From the NCBI RefSeq assembly GCF_902652985.1, contig NC_047015.1:55428001-55492000 (forward strand): DNA of 64,000 nucleotides, written 5' to 3'. Source of the DNA: Pecten maximus. Taxonomy: Eukaryota. The notes below the pieces were generated by a model. It saw nothing but the letters and a program-made list of their open reading frames with translations. It ran no database searches and had not been told where the DNA came from. The number at the start of each line of letters is the position of its first letter. Within the stretch, counting starts at the first letter, position 1. Positions 13,780-24,560 of the stretch are shown piece by piece. Both the position numbers and the translations under genes were made by a program.

Positions 13780-14055
13780 TGATTGAAGGAAAAGACAGAA
13801 AAAAACATTAAACAGAAAGGGACGAAAAGGACAGAATAAAGTATTAAACGCAAAGGGACAAAAAGGCTGAGAATATTAAATTATAATAAGCATTATACAG
13901 AAAGGGACGAAATGGCTGAGAATAAAACATTCTATAGAAAGGGACGAAACGTCTGAGAGTAAAGCGCATTAAACAGAAAGGGACGAAAAAGACAGAAAAA
14001 AACATTAAACATAAAAGGAATAATAACACTGAGAATAAAGCATTATACAGAAAAA
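13780..14055. repeat. Degenerate purine-rich minisatellite (ACAGAAAGGGACGAAA core)
   Basis: Repeated CATTAAACAGAAAGGGACGAAA...CTGAGAATAAA units. Confidence 0.75.
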
Positions 14056-14620
14056 AACTGACAACCTACGAAATGTCATATGTTTGGCTATTTTAAGTGT
14101 CCACTTAGTAGGTTATAAAGAGAAAAAGTGACATGGCTATGAAACTGCTGACCATATAAACGTGATGAGTTGCTTCATACATCATCGTGGACATTTTAAT
14201 ATAAGTTTTATCGCTACTTACCAGCTGAAAGGCAACAGTTTCCACTTATACAATAAATCACCTCTGTTTTCCGTCTTAAAATATGACAAAGACGAGTTAT
14301 ACTGTTTAGATCTTGTTAATAACTGTGAAATATTTATGATTCCGTCCTGTATAAAATCAGCTTGTCGAGTCCTGCCATCAGCTAACATAATGATTGTCTA
14401 CTGGAGGTGTTTTATTTAGATGTGAAAACTTCACAAATTCTTGGTATTTTAATGAAATCCATTGAGTGATTACAACAGGTCCTCATTCCATAGATTTTAA
14501 CCAAGAACAACCCACAGGAAAATTTCAAGAGAGCAAGTTCAACTTTAAAGGGATATAAAACATCAGAACTTACCATAGGCAATGCAGTTGTCTAGAGCAA
14601 CTGTACGTTTCATTTATAAG

Positions 14621-14937
14621 GGCCGTCATGACAGGTGCAGTTGTCCTAAATCAGGGTGTCCTTTCATTTATTAGGGTCCTGTATGACAGGTGCAGTTGTC
14701 CTAAATCAGGGTGTCGTTTCATTTATGAGGGCCCTGTATGACAGGTGCAGTTGTCCTAAATCAGGATGTCGTTTCATTTATTAGGGCCCTGTATGACAGG
14801 TGCAGTTGTCCTAAATCAGGGTGTCGATTCATTTATTAAGGCCCTGTCTGACAGGTACAGTTGTCCTAAATCAGGGTGTCGTTTCATTTATTAAGGCCCT
14901 GTCTGACAGGTGCAGTTGTCCTAAATCAGGGTGTCGT
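14621..14937. repeat. Minisatellite, 55-bp unit, ~6 copies
   Basis: TGACAGGTGCAGTTGTCCTAAATCAGGGTGTC recurs every 55 bp from ~14629. Confidence 0.95.
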
Positions 14938-15084
14938 GTCTGTTCGTTACCCATAAGGCCAAACTCTATGAAACTTTATGAAGTTCCTAATCTCAAGGTC
15001 AAGGTGACTGTTACTAACAATACTAGAACTTGGAATATACCATTGGAAATGCAGTTGTCTGATACAACTGTAGATATTTTAGAT

Positions 15085-15139
15085 ATTAGGTCCCTACATT
15101 AATGACATGGCGGGGGCTCTATAGCAACCATAATCACAG

Positions 15140-15175
<36 letters not shown>

Positions 15176-15420
15176 CTTGACCCTCCGTCTGTCTGTTTGT
15201 CCCTCCCTCCCCCTACCAGTAATTTCGTTTCCAGAGATTATTTCAGAATCAAGAAGGCCAAACTTTCTGAAACTTCACATTGTGTGACATTGTGTTGTGA
15301 AGATATACAACAGGGGTTTATGATTCGTTCCTAAATATTATAATGTCAAGGGCTGCTACAACTAGAAATGGGAATATATCACAGGAAGATTCAGTTGTCT
15401 AAAGCAACAGTAGACTTCCA
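15085..15420 (+). mobile_element. Degraded HINE-like element with (GTCT)n microsatellite
   Basis: (TGTC)n at 15140-15200 followed by AAACTTTCTGAAACTTCACA core-like sequence. Confidence 0.45.
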
Positions 15421-17206
15421 CAGACAACTGTTGAAGAGCTGAAACATTGTGATAGGATCACCAGTGTTCGATTCTTGTTAGTCAAGTTGATTTTGTGTCA
15501 GTATAAGTAGTATTATGTGATTTTCCATATCACAGTTTGGAGTTGATACTTAATAAAATTCTTAATGCATTAAGAAAAGTATAAATTCATAATGAGTGTT
15601 AATGCGTGCGTGAGATTCGGAGACGAAAATTTTCAGCTAAAATTCTGATTTCAGACTTTCTGTATCTTTTTCTGATGTAAACTTTAAATTTCACAGAGAA
15701 AACATTGTATAAAGGCTTATTTCAGATGTTTTTTGCTTTTAACTGATCTTTCCCTACAGTTGTAGAAAAGTTCTTAATTGAATCTTTTTTTTTTTCTGTA
15801 AATTGACTTGTTATGAGTTTTGTAATAGAATACTCTAATGGACTTGTCTTGTGTTTGAACACTCTGAGCTTGCGATACCTGGCTGGGCTGACAAGACTTC
15901 ACTTAACTGCGCAGTACAGTGGGACTAATTTCATTTGTGACATGCTATTTGTTGAATCTATTTATGTAAATTCTCCGCTGTAACTGAAAAGCCATTTTAC
16001 ATCATTGAATCGAGCTTAAATTGCTAATTCCAACATAAAATATGTCACAAATGACTGAGCGTGAATGAAAACTGCTTTCCGCTTCAGTAAGTAACCGCCT
16101 GTTCATACATTGTGAAAGAAGCTTAGCATCATCGGAGAAGTCAATGAAATTGCAGGGGGGCTGGAAATGGCACTCGACTTAAATACAATATTTGTGAACT
16201 TTTGTGAAAAATCTATGAAGTGGTGAAGTGGTTTGCAAAAAAAAATTAAAAAAAAATAAACAAACAGAGTAAAAAGATGATATATTTGTAAGTTGAGTTA
16301 ACAAGGGAGGTGGTTTATGGAATAATTGAAAAGGTTTGGAGATTGAATGTTGTACTGTATTTCCAGCCCGTTACAGGTAGTTTAACAGAGAGCAATATGG
16401 TACAGGATGTTTACATTGGTGATATACGGGGCCCATTAGCTATACCTGGCCGACAAAGACGCCACTCACCATGCTTTCACACTCGTACACTTTGATGAAA
16501 TCTATACTACTTTACATAAAATTTCAATTTTTGATCATACGGGTAGGTTTTTATTTTTCTCATTCTTATGCTGTGAAAGGATTTTGACACAGCTATTAGC
16601 CCGGCGTCCATCTGTCGTCGCTTCGTAATCGATAATATCTTTGAAAGCCATTTTGTCTATAATGACGTTAATTGATTTTTCTCAAGAAATCTGTAATTGT
16701 TTCTCAAGTAAAACTCGATGTTGAGCAACAATGTAAGAAAGCAGTTTGTCATCCGTTAATAGTTTTTCAAAATTTGTTTTCATTGATTTTCCAATTTCCC
16801 CTCATTTTGCTTTATACAGTTATGATAATGTATACAAAACAAGTATTGTTTGAACTCTTTTGAAAAATGAAAAAACGAACATATTGATGGTCTGTAACCA
16901 TTGAACACAACTCTTGTGTTCCTGCCACAATCAATTAGTAGAATTTTTCTTCATTTGTCAGATGATCAATTTGCTTTGTTTAAATTCACAAATTCAGACA
17001 CAAAAGAATAAATTAGCAAAAAATTATGCAATATGGATCAGAATATGAGTCTTTGAAACAATAGAAATTTGATTTGTTAAAGATTTTGATCGTCTGTACG
17101 TATTTTTGAAATTACTTGATTTCTATGAAAAAGGCAATTGTTCACATATGTGCAGATAGATAAACATGTCTTTACTGTTTCATGATACAGCCAGCCAATC
17201 AGAGAA

Positions 17207-17458
17207 AGGCTTTTAAAAAGTATTGTGATAATAATTAATGGCCTTGAGGTCGAATGTCTCAAGTTCAAGGTCATCAAAAATGGTGTTGAAATGTTTATAA
17301 TGCTATTCCAGTTGAAATATAGTTGAAATAGTAGGCTTTTAAAAAGTATTGTGATAATAATTAATTGCCTTGAGGTCGAATGTCTCAAGTTCAAGGTCAT
17401 CAAAAATGGTGCTGAAATGTTTATAATGCTATTCCAGTTGAAATATGGTTGAAATAGT
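17207..17458. repeat. Local tandem duplication, 126-bp period, 2 copies
   Basis: AGGCTTTTAAAAAGTATTGTGATAATAATTAAT...GTTGAAATAG at 17207 and 17333. Confidence 0.92.
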
Positions 17459-20400
17459 TTAACTTTTTATGGTTTTTCAGTTGAAATGTCAAAATTTGTG
17501 AGACTTGGCTTAGTTGAATGAAATACTCCAAATTTGAGATGCTCGTTTAGTGCAAAAGTAGTGTGCTTTTAGAGTTCAAATTGTCAAAAATTGCGTTATA
17601 CCCTTTCAGTTGGAATAGTCAAGTTTGTTATGCTCTGTGATTGAAAGAAAGAAAATCTGTGATGCTTTTTCAGTCCAAAAAGTAAAATGTAATTAATGTA
17701 ATGTAATTGTGATGAATTATTGGTTGAAATAATCAAACTTTGTGATGCTCTTTAAGTTCAAATTGTCAATCTTCCACTTGAAATATGAATATAGCTCCAA
17801 GCGTTTACATATCATAACTCGTAAACTATGGGTATTATTCTCTAGACAGAGAATTGGTTGAACCACAACAGTATTATCAGGAGACAGATTCGTTTCACTA
17901 TAATCACATTAAATTAGAAACATATAGAGATTTGTCTGTGTCTGCATTGTGCAGTTGCTGTAATAGATATGAAGTGCTCTCTTTATTGAAGGTGATCAGT
18001 TGTCAGACCTTCATCCAACTGCTATATGTGTTTCACCTATCGGGGCTGACATATCCCATGTGTTAAAAAATTAGCCTCATTCTCAAAGGACTCCATCCCC
18101 TGCATATCCGAAACAAGACGTTTGCGTCCTGGGGAACATGGCCTCCCTCTAGGAAAGGCTGGGCCAGAAAACTTAACCAACCACCGTGCCAGGACAACTT
18201 AAAATATCTTATTGATAAAATTGGATGATCTAAAAAGCATTTAACTTAATTTTACTGTGAAAGGAAAATAAATACAAATGGGATTTAGCTGTGGCGGTGT
18301 GCCCAGTAGCTTCAGGCTTTAGTGAATATGGATGATAACCTAATAGCTATTAGATTGAACTTCGAGTCTCGCTAGGTACAGGGCTAAGGAAGAGGCTGTC
18401 TGATAAGAGATTAACTTCTCATTTGTCTACCAAAGTTTGTCTAAATTAAATTGAGTTTTTTCTGTACTTGACTGTAATATAATTAGAGGCCACTGTGGCG
18501 TATGTAGTCCGTGCACATGAAGGGCTTTAATTGGATAGAAAGAGGTAAACTTCACAACAGGAGATGCACATGCACTGTAAGTATTCGGCTCTTCCAACGC
18601 TCTCGCATGCGCTCATGTTGCACGCGTGAGTTAAGATAGAATCTTGGTGGCTCCGTAATGCCTTATGGTACAGTACAGTCAAATCTGTGAACAGACCTGA
18701 TGGCTTTTTGTGTGTATCACTAACATACTAACGAGATCAATTTATAAATGTTTGACAGCCGAAATTGTCTAAACACCAATTTGTGCATCCTCAATTGAAT
18801 ATTATCAATTTGTCTTACAGAACAACCATGTCTAGATTAATGGGATTTGTGCTCAAGGCTACCACCTTCGCAGCATAGAATTAATTTAAGGGTGTATGCT
18901 ACTTAACTTGTGGTTTGTGTTATCTCCCTTGAATTCTCAGATTTTATCACATTTTGTTTTTGTCATAAACCTGTCAAATATGTTTTGGTTTCTCTATAAG
19001 TAAATATGTGTAGGTATATAAACATTTAACATATAATTAAGTCAGATGCAGTCGTGTTTTAACCATGCACTGTCAAAATGATGAAAGTAGTTTCAACAAA
19101 ACAAAATAAAGATATACCTGCCTTGGGAATAAGAATTGTCACCTTTTGATGATATATATAATTAAATAAAGATATTTTGCATATTTAAAAAAAAACATAA
19201 ACAAAACAAAGCAAAAAAAAAAAAAAAAAAAAAAATACCGCAGTAATAATTAGTTCTTAAATAAATAATTTAAAAATTTGCCTTAATCTATTAACTCATT
19301 AATGAGACTTGGACTTTTAATGGATTTCTATATATTAATGGGAGAAATTTTAATGGAATGATTATTGATGGACTTGCTGTATGTTAGTTCTGACTGATGG
19401 GGTCCGGTTAAGGTATAAGGTACCTGTAAGAGGATCTATGACAAGGTCACATACCGGCACATATTTTTATGGAAAAGCCGAAATATTTGAAAATTAGATC
19501 AATCTCGTAATTCCATAATGACTGTGCTTATCAGAACTATTTCTTTAATCTATGTTTATCAGCATATGATAATTTCAAAGTTTTCTTTTGATCAATGAAT
19601 AATGTTCCCTAATGAGCAATATCCAAGGGAAAAGTGCCAAGTATTTCTTTTAATTGTTTGAAGACCTTTTAATTCTCTTTGGTGTCTGGAATCTCTATTT
19701 CAACAACATAATCGTTAGATTTTTTTCTTGCTTGCGTTATGAGATATTTCAGTTTTAGAATTGCGAAATGATTTATGCACATGGCTGGAAAACTCATCCT
19801 TGCCTGTGTGGTATATATGTGGACTTATTAAGAGCTAGCAGTTATGGCCTGTCAATACATCCTGGCACTCTGGATTTAATTTTACTGAAGATGTTGTCAA
19901 TTATCAGATAATTATTTATTAACACAATCAAAGGAAACTCTGCATGTTCAACTTGTACCAGAGTTAAAATGTCAAAAGAATCCCTTTCTTTTTAAGTCAG
20001 ACATTCTTCTAGCAAGGCTGGGATTTTCTCAAGCAGGTTTTTCTTATCTTTAGAACCTTCATTTTAAGTAGATAACCAAATTTTGTCTTGTAAATTTTCC
20101 CTTTGGACATAAAAGACTTAAAATTTCCCGTCAGTTTAGGGACTAGATTAAATTAAGCCATCAAAAATGAAATGTTGTTTCCACAATCAGATTTTGGCTG
20201 TGGTGAATAATTCCTGATCGGCTTCAAACTTTATTTGGTGCCAACATACAATATTAACTGTATTATTCATGACTTAAGGGTCTTTGATGAAAAAAACTTT
20301 TCTTTTTTTTTAAGAAGTTAAATATTTGGCCACTACACAAGTTTTCCAACATGTCTGGTTTAAGCTCTAATTTTCATTAATTTCATATAAAAGTTGATTA

Positions 20401-20669
20401 TTTGTCTGAATTATTTTTTTGTCTATTATTCGGTTGATTTCCACTTTTTATCGTTAATACTTGTGAACTTGACATGAACATTATACCGTTATTTAAGTGA
20501 AAGAAACTCGTATCGGCGAAACTACAGAAGAGAGACAGAAGGAAATATGACATATATATTTACATGTATTGACCAGTCTTTACTCTAAACTGATGAGCGA
20601 CAGAGCGGAGTTATAATGATTATATAATGTTGACAAATATTGACCAAACTTTGCACCAAAAATGACATC

Positions 20670-20745
20670 TCGCTTAATTCGAACACCCAGATAACTTGAA
20701 GTTTTCTCGTGGTTCCGTTGTGTTCGAGTTAACAAAGTTCCACTG
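20670..20745. mobile_element. Right end of a CAGT-type MITE (fragment)
   Basis: ...GTTCGAGTTAACAAAGTTCCACTG-TA; left terminus not found. Confidence 0.4.
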
Positions 20746-21647
20746 TATATGATTTGGAAAAAGATGTCTTTCCCCAAGAGATTATCTGAAAGTTTCAGTC
20801 ATTTAATTGTTGATGTCAAGTTGTAATGTATTATAATGTTTCGTAAATACTGATCTCCATTTTGTGTTGTTTCGTTCCTACTTCTTGGGTTTTAAAAATG
20901 AAAAAAAGATTATTTGAATTAAAATTAACATCTGATTTATTGAGTTCAGTGATGACAAATCAAGCCACGCCTGATGAAGAATTATAAAACCTCGATACTG
21001 AAACAACATCCTAAAATCATACATTAATGATATAAAATGTTGACAATTGAATGTATTTAAATAGTTTATTGTAGATTTCATCATCATCATCATCATCGTC
21101 GTCGTCATCGTCGTCAAATGATAAGCAGGCTGAATGATATTTCATCATTTGTATTTCATAGAACCACATGCATTTACAAATGTATGTATTTATTTAATGT
21201 TTAACCGACCTCCCCCAACCCCCTCTCAAAAAAGTTAACCCAAATTTATATCTTTAATTGTGCTTCATTCATATCATTATCATATTTTCGACAGTTAACT
21301 TCCCAATTTTTGCTGTGACTGAAAAACAGTTACTGAAAAAAAAGAAAAAAAAAGTCTTGAATCGTATTTGAGATGAATTTCAAGGTGAAAAACCAGCAGT
21401 ATACATAACAGTCCTTTATATACGATGTCAGTTTGTCACGTTTTCCATATCAAGATTTGAATTTCTCTATTCACAAAATCATTTCTTGATTCTGATTCAG
21501 ATTCCAACAGCAGTCGTCTGCTTATTTCGTAATGAAGGGAGATGAATAAATCCTTCAATAAAAGTATTTTTATTGTAATCCATGAATGTAAACAAAACAA
21601 AATGCTTCAAAAAACACCAGCCAGATATATTGTGTTCATTTAAAATG

Positions 21648-21702
21648 AAGAAATCCTTCAAGAAATCCTTCAAGAAATCCTTCAAGAAATCCTTCAAGAA
21701 AT
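21648..21702. repeat. 12-bp tandem repeat (AAGAAATCCTTC)x4.5, probably in the BTB-gene 3' UTR
   Basis: Direct reading; ~220 nt downstream of the stop codon. Confidence 0.9.
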
Positions 21703-21918
21703 TCACAGGGGTGCTATAATGTTGATTTATTAGGCCTTTAATGTAAGCACTTTATATAGAAAATGGTTATCAAAATGAAATTCCTCATAAAATGTACAGG
21801 AGTTTGATGTTATTTCGATACTTGTGATTTTCTGTGAGTATTTTAAGCACTGAAATCTTGTCAACATTTCCGTAAGGTGACTTTAAGGTTAAACAGATCA
21901 AAAACACATCCGTCCCCA

Positions 21919-23373
21919 TCACCTATAACCAGCGTGATGAGCTTCTCCCATCTTTGAGCCAGGGTTCCCGAAAGCAGTATTAGACACAAGGTTTTGCACT
22001 AGATTCATTGCAGGGGGCATATTAGGCGTCACTGATGATGTCACAGGACCAAGAGCACTTGCCACTGTCGAATTTCGAGAGTCGCTGTGGCTATGAGACA
22101 TGTTGTTACCGTTTAAAACAACGGAGGACGGAATTACTCCCGGAGTCATGGAAACTGTTACTGGTTCCGTGTTACGAATCACATTTGGCCGTACGCTTTG
22201 CACAAGTTGGGAAGAAGTTAGGTTTTGAACGAAACTCACCGGTTGATTTAGGCTCTGAACAAGAACACTGTGGTTGAGAATGTTTTGCTCCAGGTTCGAG
22301 TGCGACAGTTGATTAGATGGCATGGTGCCGTTGACCATGTTCGATTGAAGGTGATGAAGGTTTGAAATCTGGTCGGTTGACTGGGCACGACTAGAAAGAA
22401 CACTGGGGGTAAACGATCGGGATTGATAATGGCGCGGCGTATACTGCAATCCTACGAATTCGTCTTTTGCCTCGGCCAAATCTTTAAAACAGTGATAATG
22501 CACTGCATTATTAACCAAAACCTGAACCTGGGGAAAGTTTTTGAACGCTCCGTTCTTTTGAAGTTGGTACAAAATGCGTCTGTGAAGAAATGGATACCGT
22601 ATGTTAACAAGGATATCCTCAATAAGTGTCTTGTCACTTAGGTTATTCTTCTTCATCCAGTCCGTCGCGGAGGTGAGGATTAAGTTTTCCTCAGCCATGC
22701 AGTCATCCGAACGGATAAGGTCACATACGAGTTGCCAGCTGCAGTTTTGCCACCTGTCACACTGCACAAGCTCTTTGAATTTGGCACACAAGACTTTGAA
22801 TGATAAATTCCTAATGTCCTCTGGGAATAAGTTGCACTCATAAAGATCACAGACAACCTCGACTTGGAATCCACGAATGTTTTCATAAACTCCCATCATA
22901 TTGTGAAGTATTTGTGTCACATAACTCTGACAATGATGTACAAGGGACTTGACGGAGTATTTCGCCGCCAGCTTGTGAAGTGGGAGTACGTAATCACGAT
23001 GAAGCCAAACAGCTCCGCTGTATATGAAATAAAGAAAACGACTAAATACGAGGCTACACTCGATAGACTCGTGCAGGCACAACACCGGCTTTTCGTCCGA
23101 ATCCAAACCACTTGTTTCGTTTAATAAAGCTGCTAATGTATCACTTTTCATTCCCAATATCATCTTATGGCCATTGAACACAAATTGGCCATCGTTAACG
23201 TTAAGAATGACATCACTCAAAGTTTCGTTGTCAAAAAGGGATTCAAATGACTGTGACGTTTTCACTTTCTTACTTCCATCGTTGATATTGTCAGCGTTTA
23301 TTTCCTCGGGCCCGTTTTCTGGGGGCTTGGACGGGTCAGGATAGTGTTGGCCGCTTGGACTGAATCTTTTCAT
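21919..23373 (-). CDS. BTB/POZ + BACK domain protein, BTBD17/LGALS3BP-like, with S/N/Q/V/P-rich C-terminal tail; coding region in a single exon
   Basis: Only long non-repetitive ORF in the window. BTB signature LSDVILNV...FNGHKMIL...VFSRFLYFIYSG...LPLHKLAAKYSV and BACK-type motifs LIRSDD...EENLILTSATDWM...IRYPFL...YTPRHY. The track starts at GTG 23397, but the first in-frame ATG is 23373 and an in-frame TAA lies upstream at 23452-23454. Family assigned from remembered motifs, not a database search. Confidence 0.92.
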   Translation of the reverse strand: MKRFSPSGQHYPDPSKPPENGPEEINADNINDGSKKVKTSQSFESLFDNETLSDVILNVNDGQFVFNGHKMILGMKSDTLAALLNETSGLDSDEKPVLCLHESIECSLVFSRFLYFIYSGAVWLHRDYVLPLHKLAAKYSVKSLVHHCQSYVTQILHNMMGVYENIRGFQVEVVCDLYECNLFPEDIRNLSFKVLCAKFKELVQCDRWQNCSWQLVCDLIRSDDCMAEENLILTSATDWMKKNNLSDKTLIEDILVNIRYPFLHRRILYQLQKNGAFKNFPQVQVLVNNAVHYHCFKDLAEAKDEFVGLQYTPRHYQSRSFTPSVLSSRAQSTDQISNLHHLQSNMVNGTMPSNQLSHSNLEQNILNHSVLVQSLNQPVSFVQNLTSSQLVQSVRPNVIRNTEPVTVSMTPGVIPSSVVLNGNNMSHSHSDSRNSTVASALGPVTSSVTPNMPPAMNLVQNLVSNTAFGNPGSKMGEAHHAGYR

Positions 23374-23510
23374 TATCCGACAACCGCATTTTACCACAAA
23401 CCGGCGAAAGTGTTCATGTATGTCGTTGCCCTTCGTTTTGTCAGTATTGTGTTAACTACAGGCCCTACAGAGGATGCTGTTTCTCTCTCCGACTACAGTT
23501 CACCAGTCAT
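23336..23510 (-). promoter_or_regulatory. Three uORFs in the BTB-gene leader: 23510-23493, 23417-23391, 23389-23336 (last one overlaps the main ATG out of frame)
   Basis: Read directly: ATG ACT GGT GAA CTG TAG; ATG AAC ACT TTC GCC GGT TTG TGG TAA; ATG CGG TTG TCG GAT AAT...TCC TGA. Depends on the 23529 acceptor being used. Confidence 0.55.
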
Positions 23511-23528
23511 CTCAAAAAATTCCAAAAT

Positions 23529-23550
23529 CTGAAACGATAAAAAAAAAAAT
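23529..23550 (-). promoter_or_regulatory. Probable splice acceptor of the BTB-gene coding exon (exon starts at 23528)
   Basis: Minus strand reads poly-T tract + ATCGTTTCAG|ATTTTGG, 155 nt upstream of the ATG; implies an upstream non-coding exon. Confidence 0.7.
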
Positions 23551-23927
23551 CCAACTAATTGAATGTAAATCTGATTATAAAAACATAAATATCAAATTCA
23601 AGTTCCTTCAAATTGATTGTGCATCAAAGTTGAACAGTTGAAGTGTGTCAGTTGAGGCAAGATAGACGAGAAGTTTTTATGATGTGTTTAAAAGTGGAAA
23701 GATTGCTATTCATCACTTTGAAGCCCGTCACAAGCCAAGTCCCATACACTTTACTCATTCAGCAGCCCAAAACAAATTTCACATTAATTTTACCTTTTGC
23801 AGAGGTGTTCAAAAACTTTTTCCCCCCGATGTACATAAATGTCATCCAGTGTGTGATTTTGTGTAAACTACACCTTCAGATAGTCCCACAGAAACAAGCT
23901 GTGATATAAAAGGCAGAAAATATCACC

Positions 23928-23991
23928 TGCCGATGATGAGCATCTAAGTGTCTATGTACGAGGCTCCAGTGATGAGGGGTCGCACTGAGGC
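23928..23991 (+). ncRNA. Candidate box C/D snoRNA-like motif
   Basis: ATGATGA (23933-23939), degenerate D' ACGA (23958-23961), GTGATGA (23969-23975), CTGA (23985-23988), closed by a GCC/GGC stem. Short, and no target recognised. Confidence 0.25.
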
Positions 23992-24189
23992 TGCCGATAT
24001 GGCAGTAGTGACTCTCGAGTGGGCCTTATATATCTTGCCTGGCGTTCTTCAGTCAGGTGATTGAGCCATCATGTAAGTTAATTAAAACTTCCCAATCAAT
24101 AAACATGCAAAATAAAATCTCGTTCTGACTGAGCTGGTCGCTGAATGCATGTGCAGTGTGGCGGACTGGAAACCTATCCTCCTCATTAC

Positions 24190-24560
24190 CGTTACTCCTC
24201 CCCCTTTCCCCTCCCCCTCCCCCTTTCCCCTCCCCTTTCCCCTTTCCCCTCCCCCTCCCCTCCTCCTTTCCCGACCCCCTCCCCCTCGCCCGCCTTTCGC
24301 TGGAACACTGAATCCTTGGGGATGGTACTTGCACTTTTGTGTCTCAAGAAGGCATTCATTTTTATGCAAACTACCCGACTTGCAACCAATTACCGAGAAA
24401 ATGCATAGCTTTGTGCAATGGATATTTGAAATAAATTTTCCAATCTCATACAAATGCAGCGAGAGGCGCTGTATGAATTGATCACGACAGTTGACATGAG
24501 GGCGGACAGGACAGCTAATTACGTTAACACTGACGGATGAATAAACTGATTGGATAAGAG
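24190..24560 (-). promoter_or_regulatory. Candidate promoter / first-exon region of the BTB gene
   Basis: CCAATCA on minus strand (~24548-24554), GGGCGG (~24500), and a G-run tract on minus strand (24195-24295) about 1 kb upstream of the CDS. Motifs only; no transcript evidence. Confidence 0.25.

Noticed and set aside
23374-23397. GTG start at 23397 given by the ORF track
   Set aside because: Eukaryotic gene; the first in-frame ATG is 23373.
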